The translations under genes were made by a program, and so were the position numbers. From positions 864,001 through 928,000 of the forward strand of contig OZ241867.1 of the NCBI GenBank assembly GCA_965203175.1: DNA of 64,000 nt, given 5' to 3'. Shown one piece after another: positions 17,589 to 26,795 of this stretch; position 1 is the stretch's first letter; every line of letters begins with the position of its first letter. Under the pieces are notes generated by a model, which made no database searches, was not told the DNA's origin, and saw nothing but the letters and a program-made list of their open reading frames with translations. The stretch comes from Candidatus Latescibacterota bacterium. Its GTDB lineage: Bacteria; Latescibacterota; UBA2968; UBA8231.

Positions 17589-18389
17589 ATGAACGTTGCA
17601 GAAACCCTTTTTCACCTCGAGCTGCACGGATGGTGTCTCATCGAAAACGTCATCCCCGCAGCGGAAGTCAACGAGGTGCGGCAAAGTATCGAAACCACCG
17701 CGGCCGAGTACGCTCGTCCAGAGGCCGACGACATCAACATCCCCGACGTCCTTAATGTCAACCAATCTTTTGCCCCGTACCTAGCCCACGCGGCGATTCT
17801 GGAACCGCTGCGCGCCTTGTGGGGTCCCTACGTGCGCATGCGCACGGCCAAGGGGTTTATCTCCAAGCCGGGCTGCCAAGGCGGCAGCCTGCACGCGGAC
17901 GGTCCCTACATCCAATCGGCTCCCTTGCGGATGAACGCGCCGTATCAGGACTTCATCGCCAAGGTCACGGCAGTGTGGATGCTGTCGCCGTTTACCAAAG
18001 AAAACGGCGGGACCTTGCTGGTGCCAGGCAGCCATCGCGCAGACAACAATCGCACCGGCGGCCTCGACCTACCCATTCCCCACCCCAGCCAAATACAGGC
18101 CACTGGCCCGGCCGGCAGCGTGGCGCTGTTCGACGCCCGCACTTGGCACGGCAGCGGCACCAACAACAGCGACGAGGATCGAGTGGGGTTGGTTATGGCG
18201 TATTTCCCCTGGTGGTTGGCCCAAGACCCGGCCATGCCACCGGACACGCCCGAGCGCCAGCGTCTCACCGAGGAAACGGGCTTGAGCGACGAGCAACTCG
18301 GGGCGGGCACCGCCCTGTTGCCCATAGAAGTCTATCGCGCATTGCCCGAAGACGTGAAGCCCCTACTGCGCCATTGGGTGCGGCCCTAA
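17589..18389 (+). CDS. Phytanoyl-CoA dioxygenase (PhyH) family Fe(II)/2OG enzyme
   Basis: LHADG (HxD), NGGTLLVPGSH, FDARTWHG, distal R. Confidence 0.88.
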   Translation: MNVAETLFHLELHGWCLIENVIPAAEVNEVRQSIETTAAEYARPEADDINIPDVLNVNQSFAPYLAHAAILEPLRALWGPYVRMRTAKGFISKPGCQGGSLHADGPYIQSAPLRMNAPYQDFIAKVTAVWMLSPFTKENGGTLLVPGSHRADNNRTGGLDLPIPHPSQIQATGPAGSVALFDARTWHGSGTNNSDEDRVGLVMAYFPWWLAQDPAMPPDTPERQRLTEETGLSDEQLGAGTALLPIEVYRALPEDVKPLLRHWVRP

Positions 18390-18409
18390 TCCAAGGGTAT
18401 GAATATGTG

Positions 18410-19138
18410 ATGAATCAACGGGATTACAATGCTGTTGTCAGGCGCGTGGAAGCGGTGTCTGGTATTGATGTGCAGACATTGGGCGAGGTTGAAGGTTTGC
18501 CGATTCTGTGTGTGTCTGCTGGTAGGGGAGACGCGCCTGTTGTTTATATCAATGGAGGGACGCACGGCGATGAACCAGCTGGTGTGGAGGCCGCGCTCGT
18601 TTTTTTGCAGGGCAGATGGGAGCGCTGGGCTGATAGGGTGCGTTTTGAGGTTATTCCGTGTTTGTGTCCGTGGAGCTATGTTCACAATGCCCGGCTCAAT
18701 GCACAGGATGTCGATGTGAATTGGGCGTTTTTGCGCGATGATGTGCCCGAGATTGAGATTTTGAAGGTTTTTTTGGCGGGAAGAGTTTTTTCAGGTGTGA
18801 TCGATTTGCACGAGGATTGGGAGAGTCCGGGATTTTATCTGTACGAGATGTTTGGAGACCGGGGATCTCTGGGACGGGAGATGGTGAAGCAGGTGGCACG
18901 GGTTTGTCCGATTAACGAGAGTGCCGAGATTGAGGGCGAGGTTGCGGTCAATGGGGTGATCCATCCCAATATGGAGGTGGCAAGGCGGAAGTACGGGGAG
19001 GGCATACCTATCGCTTTGTTCCAGCGAGGACATACGGGGCATCTGGTGACGTCAGAAACCCCGACGGCGCAGCCGATGGATGTACGCGTTGCGGCGCATC
19101 TGGCAGCTATTGAGGTGATGGTGGAGGCTAGTGTTTAA
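18410..19138 (+). CDS. M14-family metallocarboxypeptidase / succinylglutamate desuccinylase-like
   Basis: GGTHGDEPAG, RLNAQDVDVNWAF, IDLHED, TSETP; start MNQRDY. Confidence 0.82.
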   Translation: MNQRDYNAVVRRVEAVSGIDVQTLGEVEGLPILCVSAGRGDAPVVYINGGTHGDEPAGVEAALVFLQGRWERWADRVRFEVIPCLCPWSYVHNARLNAQDVDVNWAFLRDDVPEIEILKVFLAGRVFSGVIDLHEDWESPGFYLYEMFGDRGSLGREMVKQVARVCPINESAEIEGEVAVNGVIHPNMEVARRKYGEGIPIALFQRGHTGHLVTSETPTAQPMDVRVAAHLAAIEVMVEASV

Positions 19139-19147
19139 ATCAATTCG

Positions 19148-21067
19148 CTACATATGTGTCAGCACGCGCCCCTTTTCCGCAGTCAGCGCATAGATCGCGC
19201 CCCATACCCCCGAGACAGAAACCTCGCCCAAAATCAACCCTAAAAAAAACGGCTTGGCGTTCTGGAACAGGCGCACGCCGCCAAAGCGCAGGATGACCAG
19301 CTTCAACAGCCAAGCAATCAGCGCCGAGAACCAGATCTGACTCGTCAGCCAACCCACGGCAATAGCAAAGCCGATCGGGTGAAAGGGCCACCAAAACCAC
19401 CGGTGCTGCGCCCACATTAAAAAACCCTCCACAGCAGCGCCGATCCCCTTGAAGAGCCAGCCGCGCATGTCGGCCTCGGGCATGTTGAGAATGGTCGGGC
19501 CGATGTAGGGCCAGCCGTGGGCACCGGCCCAATTGATCAGCGACAGATTTATCGCTCCGTGGGTATAGGCCAGTTTCAAGGTCATGTAGGCCGCAGCCAA
19601 AAGGCTGCACACCAGCGCCAGCATCAGGCCCCAAAACAGCCGCGTCTTGGGGCCAGGGACCAGCTCGGCGAGTTTGAGGCCATTGGCGCAGGCGACCATT
19701 GGCGAGGTGCGCGATTCGCCCTGCCAGATAAAGGTGAAATTGAGGGCGACCAAGCCCTTGGCCCCGAGGACCGAAGTGCCCAAACCCGAAATGATGAAGT
19801 ACGCCGGAACAATGGGGCTGCGGGCGGTGGCCACGCCGCCGGTAGCCACCACGCGCGCGACCAAGATGAAGAACAGCAAGCTGACGACGAGCAGAACCGG
19901 AAGCACCGCAATCGGCACCCCTGAACGCCAGAGCCACACGGCGACGAAGAGCAGGCTGCCCAAAAAGCCGAGCAAGGCCGTGCGGTAGCGAAGCAACTCC
20001 TCGCTGTCATCGACGCCACCGCGCGGGGCCCAGAGCTTGCGCCAGACCTCTTTGAGATGAGGCCGGGCGGTCCACAGTCCAAAAAGCACCAACACAATGA
20101 CCGCGCCGGTGGCTTGATGGGTTAGGTCGGCTGGCTGCGAGGACTCGTACGCGCTCAGGCGCTCGGTGCTGGCAATGCCGAGCGTCTTGAAGACCCCTTC
20201 TTCCATCTTGGAGAACACGTAGAAGAACCAAATGCTGAACGTGATCTCGAGATTGACCAAGTAGAAGAAGCCGACCCAAGCCAAGTTGAGTGCAACCGGC
20301 AGGTGCAAGGTATGGTTTAAAAAGGAAAACCGGCCTCTAGGGTTGTACTCGGGCACGATGGGGAAGTAGTGGTTGAGAGCATTGAGACTGAGCAGGATAC
20401 AGGGCACGGCAAACCCCAGCCACATCCGCTGATCCTTAAAGAAAGGAGCCACGCGCATCTGGGCGTCCTTCTCAATCATATTCTGCGGCAGTTGGACCAT
20501 CGGATAGGTCAGCCGCTCGTGCTCCGACCACTGGCGGTGGAGGATGGCGCTCATGCAAATCAGCATGAAGCTCATGGCCACGATCAACGCCAGCCAGTAG
20601 GCCATCGGCTCCACCCAGACGCCCCATGGGATGGACTCACCCTTTGGCAGGCCCTCGTAGTAATTCTTGATGGCCTCGAAGTCCTGCGGCGCAATCCACG
20701 AAGGGATAAAGTCGTAGAACAGCTCGGCGTAGTTGTTTTCCGGGGTGGCGTAGTAGAAGGGATAGACAATGGTGCCAATCAGGAAGAACATCAGGCCCCA
20801 AGTCGGCACCGTGACCGCCATCATCAACATGCAGTAAATCAGGACCAGATCGGCTTTGGACAGGGCGAAGTGGCGACCGAGCAGAGCTACGAATCCATTG
20901 ACGGCAAAGGTCAGGACAAAAAAGAAAAAGAGGGCACCCGGCGAAGAGGGATTGAAGCCGACCCAGTAGTAATTGAACACGACCCCGTACGGCGCGAGCA
21001 GGCCCACCGCTAGGGAGAGGGCTAGGCCGGTTAGCAGTCCCTTGATGCTGAAAAGCGATTTGGGCAT
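19148..21067 (-). CDS. Polytopic membrane protein, DUF6785/DUF6784-like (putative transporter)
   Basis: Many TM segments; QWSEHERLTYP, WWPFHPIGF, RFGG, KPFFLGLILGE motifs. Confidence 0.75.
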   Translation of the reverse strand: MPKSLFSIKGLLTGLALSLAVGLLAPYGVVFNYYWVGFNPSSPGALFFFFVLTFAVNGFVALLGRHFALSKADLVLIYCMLMMAVTVPTWGLMFFLIGTIVYPFYYATPENNYAELFYDFIPSWIAPQDFEAIKNYYEGLPKGESIPWGVWVEPMAYWLALIVAMSFMLICMSAILHRQWSEHERLTYPMVQLPQNMIEKDAQMRVAPFFKDQRMWLGFAVPCILLSLNALNHYFPIVPEYNPRGRFSFLNHTLHLPVALNLAWVGFFYLVNLEITFSIWFFYVFSKMEEGVFKTLGIASTERLSAYESSQPADLTHQATGAVIVLVLFGLWTARPHLKEVWRKLWAPRGGVDDSEELLRYRTALLGFLGSLLFVAVWLWRSGVPIAVLPVLLVVSLLFFILVARVVATGGVATARSPIVPAYFIISGLGTSVLGAKGLVALNFTFIWQGESRTSPMVACANGLKLAELVPGPKTRLFWGLMLALVCSLLAAAYMTLKLAYTHGAINLSLINWAGAHGWPYIGPTILNMPEADMRGWLFKGIGAAVEGFLMWAQHRWFWWPFHPIGFAIAVGWLTSQIWFSALIAWLLKLVILRFGGVRLFQNAKPFFLGLILGEVSVSGVWGAIYALTAEKGRVLTHM

Positions 21068-21096
21068 GTGTGGGCCGACGAGTTCCGTCGATGATC

Positions 21097-21882
21097 CTAC
21101 CCAGCGGCCGAGGCAGCCAAAAGCCCCCCATCCACCGGCAAAGACGCCCCGGTAATGCAGCCGGCGGCCGGCGAGCAGAGGAAGACCACGGCCCGGCCAA
21201 TGTCTTCGGGGGTTCCCGGACGACGCAGGGGAACTATGTTGTGGAGCCGTTCTTCAATAACGCCCAAGGCCGGAGGCGGTTCATTGAAGACGTGATTGGT
21301 ATCCATGTATCCGGGCATGATGGCGTTGCAGCGGATTCCGTGTTCGCCCAAGTCAACGGCCATGCTTTCGGTCAGGCGCAAGACGCCGGCTTTGGCGGCC
21401 CCGTACGCCGTGTCGTTCTTCCACGCCCGGCGTCCGTGCACCGAAGAGGTGCTGACGATAGCCCCTCCGTTACCCTGCGCCACCATGGCGCGCGCCGCTT
21501 GCTGTGAACACAGGAAAAATCCCTTGAGACCCACGTCGAGATTTTGGTCCCAATTCTCCTCGCTGAGTTCGAGGAAGGGCTCGCCCTTACCGCCGTAGGG
21601 GTTGTTGACCAAGATGTCAATGCGGCCGAACCGTTCGAGAAAGGCCGCGAACATCGCCTCGACTTGAGCACTATCAGAAATGTCGCCTTGAAAAAACTCG
21701 GCCTCACGGCCCATGGCGCGGATCAGATCCAGGGTTTTGCCGGCATCGTCGTCCTCATGCAGGTCGTTGATCCCCACGTCGCAGCCAGCCTCGGCTAAAG
21801 ACAAGGCAATGCCGCGGCCGATGCGGCGCTTGCCGCCGGTGACAAAGGCTTTCTTTCCACTTAGCAAATATGGGTCGGACAT
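21097..21882 (-). CDS. SDR-family NAD(P)-dependent oxidoreductase
   Basis: VTGGKRRIG, DILVNN, YGAAKAG (YxxxK), IRCNAIMPG, VDGG. Confidence 0.9.
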   Translation of the reverse strand: MSDPYLLSGKKAFVTGGKRRIGRGIALSLAEAGCDVGINDLHEDDDAGKTLDLIRAMGREAEFFQGDISDSAQVEAMFAAFLERFGRIDILVNNPYGGKGEPFLELSEENWDQNLDVGLKGFFLCSQQAARAMVAQGNGGAIVSTSSVHGRRAWKNDTAYGAAKAGVLRLTESMAVDLGEHGIRCNAIMPGYMDTNHVFNEPPPALGVIEERLHNIVPLRRPGTPEDIGRAVVFLCSPAAGCITGASLPVDGGLLAASAAG

Positions 21883-21897
21883 AGTGTGCTCCTTGAG

Positions 21898-22632
21898 TTA
21901 AACGATCTCGGGGTGTTCGTGAATCGAGGGGGTAGCCATGATGCGCTTTTGGCGTTCGGTCAGCTCGCCGTACTCTTCGAGGTTGTAAAAATCCTTAGCC
22001 CACGTCGAGTAGCCGGGGCTGTACTTGTAGAGCAACGTGCGGCGCTGGTGCTCGGCGCGCCACGGCATGGTGCCGTGGATGAGGGCCTCGGTAAAGAACA
22101 GCGCATCCCCGGCCTTGGCCGTCGGTTGAACCACGTAATGCGCGCCGCGCTCAAAGTGCCTGACGTCTTGGGGCAGGTTGCGAGGGTAATTGGTCTTGTG
22201 ACTGCCCGGCACGCAGGCAAAACCGCCGTCGCCCTCATTGGCATCGGCGAGAAAAAAGGTCACCACGCTCAGGCCATTGCGCATCTGACCGTCGCGGTAG
22301 CTGAACCAGTGGTCGGTATCTTGGCTAGGGCCGCCGTGGAGACCGCCACGGGTGGCGCCGCGGTCCATGATGATGGCGTAGTCGTGGTCGATGCGGACCT
22401 TGGGGCCGATGAGTTCGACCAAGTAGGGCAGAATTTTGGGGTGGTCGATCAGGTCTTTGGTGGCTTGGCCCCAGCCACTGACCTTGTTCAGGTCGTTGCG
22501 GGGGTGGTTGTCCCAGCCATCGATGTACCGGTCCATCAGCGCGTTGAGATCGTCCAGTTCCTGCGGGCTGAGGACGTCTTTGATGACCAGATAACCCTCT
22601 AAATCGAAGATAAATTTTTCTTCCTCAGTCAT
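21898..22632 (-). CDS. PhyH-family Fe(II)/2OG enzyme with HxG variant motif
   Basis: FDLEGYL, LHGG in place of HxD, GGFACVPGSHK, FTEALIHG; start MTEEEK (ATG 22632). Confidence 0.85.
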   Translation of the reverse strand: MTEEEKFIFDLEGYLVIKDVLSPQELDDLNALMDRYIDGWDNHPRNDLNKVSGWGQATKDLIDHPKILPYLVELIGPKVRIDHDYAIIMDRGATRGGLHGGPSQDTDHWFSYRDGQMRNGLSVVTFFLADANEGDGGFACVPGSHKTNYPRNLPQDVRHFERGAHYVVQPTAKAGDALFFTEALIHGTMPWRAEHQRRTLLYKYSPGYSTWAKDFYNLEEYGELTERQKRIMATPSIHEHPEIV

Positions 22633-22645
22633 GGTGTGCTCCTTT

Positions 22646-24193
22646 CTATTCCGCGTAGATATCCTGCATCTGATAGGCGTCGAGCGAGAGCAGTTCGGCG
22701 CTCTGGCCCTGCGCGCGCAACGAGACCCCGACACTGTCGGCGCGGTCGGGGTAGACCCGCGCAGCCACGCATTGCTGGCCGTTGGCAAAGACCTCGACGA
22801 CGCTCTTATCGACAAAAACCCGCAGCTTGAGCCTTTCGCCCGGAGTGAGGATGACTGGAGCGGTCTCCGGAGCGCGGGAGAGCACGTCGGGCGCGACAGA
22901 AGAATACGAGGTGTCGAGCGAAATCAGACTCTGGTGATGGTCGCTGCCAAAGACGCGGTCTCTGAAGCCCCGATTTTTAAAAAAGGCAATGCGCGTGTAC
23001 TCTTCCTTGCCGGGAGCGCGCAGGACATTGAGCTCGACCATCGGCGCGTCTTGCGGATCGATTTCAGCGACGATTTCCACGGCGTTGCCTTGGACTGTAT
23101 CGAGGACGAGCTCTTCGTTGGCGGCGAGGGTAGTTTTGCCGACGCGCTGATGGTCCCGCCGGAGCGACTCAAGGTCGCCGGCCGGCTCCATGGCCAGATC
23201 GTCGCCGACCACGGTCAGCCGGCGGGGCAAGGTCATAATCTGGTTCCAATTCTTGGTCGGTTTGCCGGGGTTCATGTTGAAGATGACCAAGACGCCGCCT
23301 TGGCCGTCGGGAGTCGCCGAAGGGGCGTGAACGCCCGAGGGCGCGGCCGCGCCAAAGTTGAATTTGGCACCGTAGGTCACGACGAACTTGTCGCGCTCGG
23401 TGTCGTAGTCGCCGAGCAGGTACTGGCCGCCGCTTCTATGGCTAAAGAAGAGGAGGATGTGGCGGTCGCCAATCGGCCAGAAATAGGGACAGGCTCCGTC
23501 GTCACCAACTAGCGTGTACCCGTCATCCTCCGCGAAGGGGTGGAGATACTCCCAGTGTTCGAGATCGCTCGACCTGAAGAGGAAATTGGCGCGCACGGGC
23601 TTGCCAGCCGGGCCTTCGGGTTTGGTACCCGCCGACAGCGAGTAGTACGCGTCGCCCTGCTTCCAGATGCAGGGATCGAAGACTCGGTAGGGCACGTCGG
23701 CGCGGATGGGGATCACGGCCTTGTTGGCGACCTTTTCCCAGTTGAGCAATAGCGGGTCCGAAGAAGTGGCGACCATGTTGCCGACCTCAGTGCCGTGGTA
23801 CATGGCAATGACGCGGTCCTCCTCGACCAGCGTGGCACCTGAAAAGCAGCAGCGCTCCGGGTTTGGATAGATGCAGTACGGCAGGTCGCGCCAGTGGACG
23901 AGATCGTCGCTTATGGCGTGGCCCCAGTGCTGGCGAGTGTCCTCCGGTGGGTAGGCTTGGTAGAAGAGATGATAGCGGCCCTGCCAGAAGCACAGTCCGT
24001 TGGGGTCGTTGAGATTGGCCTCGGGATTGATGTAGTGGTAGATGGGACGGTGTGGATCGCCGGCGTACGAGCGGCGCGCTTCGAGCATGCGCTGCATCAG
24101 CGGGTTGGTAGCTATGGCCTCCTCTTGTTCGGCCAAGGTGTCGGGAAAGGTGTAGTAGGGAACCTTTGACGTGTAGTCGGGCGCGGCGGTCAT
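22646..24193 (-). CDS. Glycoside hydrolase family 32 protein
   Basis: LNDPNG, HLFYQ, HWGHA, FSG, FDP, C-terminal LRVFVDKSVVEVF. Confidence 0.9.
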   Translation of the reverse strand: MTAAPDYTSKVPYYTFPDTLAEQEEAIATNPLMQRMLEARRSYAGDPHRPIYHYINPEANLNDPNGLCFWQGRYHLFYQAYPPEDTRQHWGHAISDDLVHWRDLPYCIYPNPERCCFSGATLVEEDRVIAMYHGTEVGNMVATSSDPLLLNWEKVANKAVIPIRADVPYRVFDPCIWKQGDAYYSLSAGTKPEGPAGKPVRANFLFRSSDLEHWEYLHPFAEDDGYTLVGDDGACPYFWPIGDRHILLFFSHRSGGQYLLGDYDTERDKFVVTYGAKFNFGAAAPSGVHAPSATPDGQGGVLVIFNMNPGKPTKNWNQIMTLPRRLTVVGDDLAMEPAGDLESLRRDHQRVGKTTLAANEELVLDTVQGNAVEIVAEIDPQDAPMVELNVLRAPGKEEYTRIAFFKNRGFRDRVFGSDHHQSLISLDTSYSSVAPDVLSRAPETAPVILTPGERLKLRVFVDKSVVEVFANGQQCVAARVYPDRADSVGVSLRAQGQSAELLSLDAYQMQDIYAE

Positions 24194-24418
24194 GGAATCC
24201 TCCAGTTTGATGAGTGATCGTTAGGGCGGCGAGAAAGTATAGGTCTTGCGCGGGCGTCAATCCAGTCTTGGGCAGAAGACAACGCGCCGCTGCCCGTGCA
24301 GTGCGGTTTGACAATCACCGTGCGAATGCGCTCTATTCCCTTAGATCAACGCGTTGAGTCAGTTAATTGTTTGGAATCAGTGGCTAATCGCGCCATTGCA
24401 AAAAGGAGCAAATCTTTT

Positions 24419-25081
24419 ATGGTCAAACCTGAAGTACTAGCAGCCTTTAAGGAATTCGACTCGCCGACGATTTTCAACGCCATCGTCTTAAAGTGCGGCC
24501 TGCCCAACGAAGAGTACACCGACCACCGAATCCACTATCTGCTACCGGAATTGGGACCAGTCATCGGCTATGCAGTGACCGCGGAAGTAACGACCAACGA
24601 CCCGGACTCCGTAGCAGTCCCTTGGGAAGGGTATTACGAAGCAATCGACGCCACGGAAGGACCCGTGTTCGCGGTGATGAAGGACGTGGACTCGCGTCCC
24701 GGACGCGGAGCCAGTTTTGGCGACGGCATGGCGCGGCTGCACCAGCGGCTAGGCGCGGTGGGGGCCGTTGTCGATGGAACGGTGCGCGATTTGGAGGGAA
24801 TCCGCCGGGTCGGGCTGCCGATCTTCGCCTGGGGGACGGTGCCAGGGCACGGCGTATTCAACGCGACGCGAGTCAACGCGCCAATTACCGTAGGGTCGGT
24901 GCGGATTCGGCCGGGGGACCTGATCTTCGGTGACGGCGACGGCTGCGTGCGAATTCCCCTAGAGCACGCCGAGGAAGTGTTGGAATTGGCCGCAGAAGTG
25001 CGGGACAAGGAAGCGAAAATTTTCGCCCTGTACGATTCAGACGACTTTTCTCTTGACAAGTGGCGAGAGTCGCGCAAGTAG
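24419..25081 (+). CDS. RraA / HMG-aldolase-like family protein
   Basis: GAVVDGTVRD, IRPGDLIFGDGDGCV; ATG 24419 with AAGGAG RBS. Confidence 0.85.
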   Translation: MVKPEVLAAFKEFDSPTIFNAIVLKCGLPNEEYTDHRIHYLLPELGPVIGYAVTAEVTTNDPDSVAVPWEGYYEAIDATEGPVFAVMKDVDSRPGRGASFGDGMARLHQRLGAVGAVVDGTVRDLEGIRRVGLPIFAWGTVPGHGVFNATRVNAPITVGSVRIRPGDLIFGDGDGCVRIPLEHAEEVLELAAEVRDKEAKIFALYDSDDFSLDKWRESRK

Positions 25082-25105
25082 CATCGCCGCCCAAAGGAGG
25101 ACACT

Positions 25106-25981
25106 ATGGAGACCACCACCGTAAAAATTGATCCCAAAGAAGAAATCGGCTTTATGACGGTCGATGAAACCGATTTTGCCGCTTTCTCCTTGAGCCAGCA
25201 GATCCGCCATCTCGAAATGGAAGGCTACGTGCTCATGCCGGATGTGCTCGACGCCGAGCACATTGCAGCGCTGAAGGCCGAGCTAAAAGACCTGCCGATG
25301 GGGCAAAAGGACTACAGCGAGGCCCAAACCTTCCACCACGAGCCCCAGTGCACAAGTCGGTTGGTAGCCGAGTTGATCGGCTATCCGCCGATCGCGGAAT
25401 TCCTCCAAGCGCTCATGGGGCCAGACATCGTCTTTACGCACGGGCTTTTTACCCGTACCCTCTCCGGCTCGCCGGGCATTTCAATGCACACCGACGGCCA
25501 GCCATTCGGCTCGTCGATCTTTGGCTTCGAAGGCTCTTCGCCGCGCCTTTTGCGGGTGCTCTACTACCTCGACGACCTGTCGCCCGAGCGCGCGCCCTTC
25601 CGGCTCATCCCGCGCTCCCATCTGTCGTTCCACGCCCAAGCCAACCCGTACGTGCGCTATGTCTCGCACCCGCAGGAAATCACGCTCTGTGCCAAGGCTG
25701 GTTCAGTCGTCATGATACCCGCCCTCCTCTTCCACGGCACCCATCCCAACAGGGACTTGGCCCCTCGGGAACTGATCCAGTTTGGCTACCGGCCGGCTTG
25801 GGCGGGGCCGGTTCAGCCGATGGACGATTGGGACTCGGAATGGGTGGAGAACGCGCCAGCCGTGGCCAAACCTTTTCTCCAAAGCCGCAACACCACCGGC
25901 AAGGAGTGGAAACAGGTCCACAAACCCCAAGGCATGCAGCACGACGCACCGGGCATCAATCCAGACCGTTGGGGGGACTAA
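25106..25981 (+). CDS. PhyH-family Fe(II)/2OG dioxygenase
   Basis: EGYVLMPDVL, MHTDG (HxD), LIPRSH, FHGTHPN, distal R. Confidence 0.85.
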   Translation: METTTVKIDPKEEIGFMTVDETDFAAFSLSQQIRHLEMEGYVLMPDVLDAEHIAALKAELKDLPMGQKDYSEAQTFHHEPQCTSRLVAELIGYPPIAEFLQALMGPDIVFTHGLFTRTLSGSPGISMHTDGQPFGSSIFGFEGSSPRLLRVLYYLDDLSPERAPFRLIPRSHLSFHAQANPYVRYVSHPQEITLCAKAGSVVMIPALLFHGTHPNRDLAPRELIQFGYRPAWAGPVQPMDDWDSEWVENAPAVAKPFLQSRNTTGKEWKQVHKPQGMQHDAPGINPDRWGD

Positions 25982-25983
25982 TC

Positions 25984-26721
25984 GTGAAACTAGCTGAACT
26001 CACTTGGCCCGGTCTAGAGCAGGTATCCAGAGACGACACGGTAGTCGTATATCCCATCGCGGCGTTTGAGCAGCACGGGCCGCATCTGCCGTTTATAACG
26101 GACACCGCCGAGGTCGCCGCCATCGTCGATCGCCTCGACGCGGAGATTCCCGGTCAGGTCCTCTGTCTCCCGGCGCAGTGGCTGGGTTATTCCCCGCACC
26201 ACCTGCGGTTCAAGGGCACGATAACAGCCCAATCAGAGACCCACATCAACATGATCGTCGATACCGTCAGCAGCATGGTCCACGCCGACTTCGACAAAAT
26301 CCTCATCGTCAACGGCCACGGCGGCAATGTTCCCAATATGAACGTCTCCCTCCAGCGCCTGATGGAGAAGTGCCCCGACGCGAGAATCTATGGCACCTCT
26401 TGGTTTGCCTACGACGAACTGGGCGAGATCAGGGAGGCAGGGCCTCACGGTTGGGGACACGCGGGCGAGATGGAGACTTCGGTGATGATGGCCTTGCATC
26501 CCGAGTGGGTCAAAGCAGATCGCCTGCAAAAGGACGGCCACCCGCCGCAGTCCGAACGCGCCGGCCAAGTCTCCCGCTACCGCTGGATCCACCAATCGAC
26601 CGACCAAGGCACCTACGGCGATCCCACCTATGGGTCCGCGGAAAAGGGAGAGCGCTTCATCCGCGCCGCGGTCGAGGTGTTGGTCCGCATCGTCGAGGAC
26701 ATAAAGAAAGGTCACTTGTAA
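25984..26721 (+). CDS. Creatininase-family amidohydrolase
   Basis: EQHGPHLP-x2-TD, SPHH, NGHGGN, HAGEMETS; GTG start. Confidence 0.9.
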   Translation: MKLAELTWPGLEQVSRDDTVVVYPIAAFEQHGPHLPFITDTAEVAAIVDRLDAEIPGQVLCLPAQWLGYSPHHLRFKGTITAQSETHINMIVDTVSSMVHADFDKILIVNGHGGNVPNMNVSLQRLMEKCPDARIYGTSWFAYDELGEIREAGPHGWGHAGEMETSVMMALHPEWVKADRLQKDGHPPQSERAGQVSRYRWIHQSTDQGTYGDPTYGSAEKGERFIRAAVEVLVRIVEDIKKGHL

Positions 26722-26795
26722 GTCCGTGAATACAACTTGCCCAGCCAGCGCAAAATTGCGACAGTAAGGTTAGCTTTTTTAGAGGAGGACATGCC

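Noticed and set aside
17819-18409. Long N-terminal extension of the M14 peptidase ORF
   Set aside because: Overlaps the PhyH gene in another frame with Arg/Pro-rich nonsense translation; real start near 18410
25348-25983. Long N-terminal extension of the creatininase ORF
   Set aside because: Overlaps PhyH in another frame; the family N-terminus begins at GTG 25984
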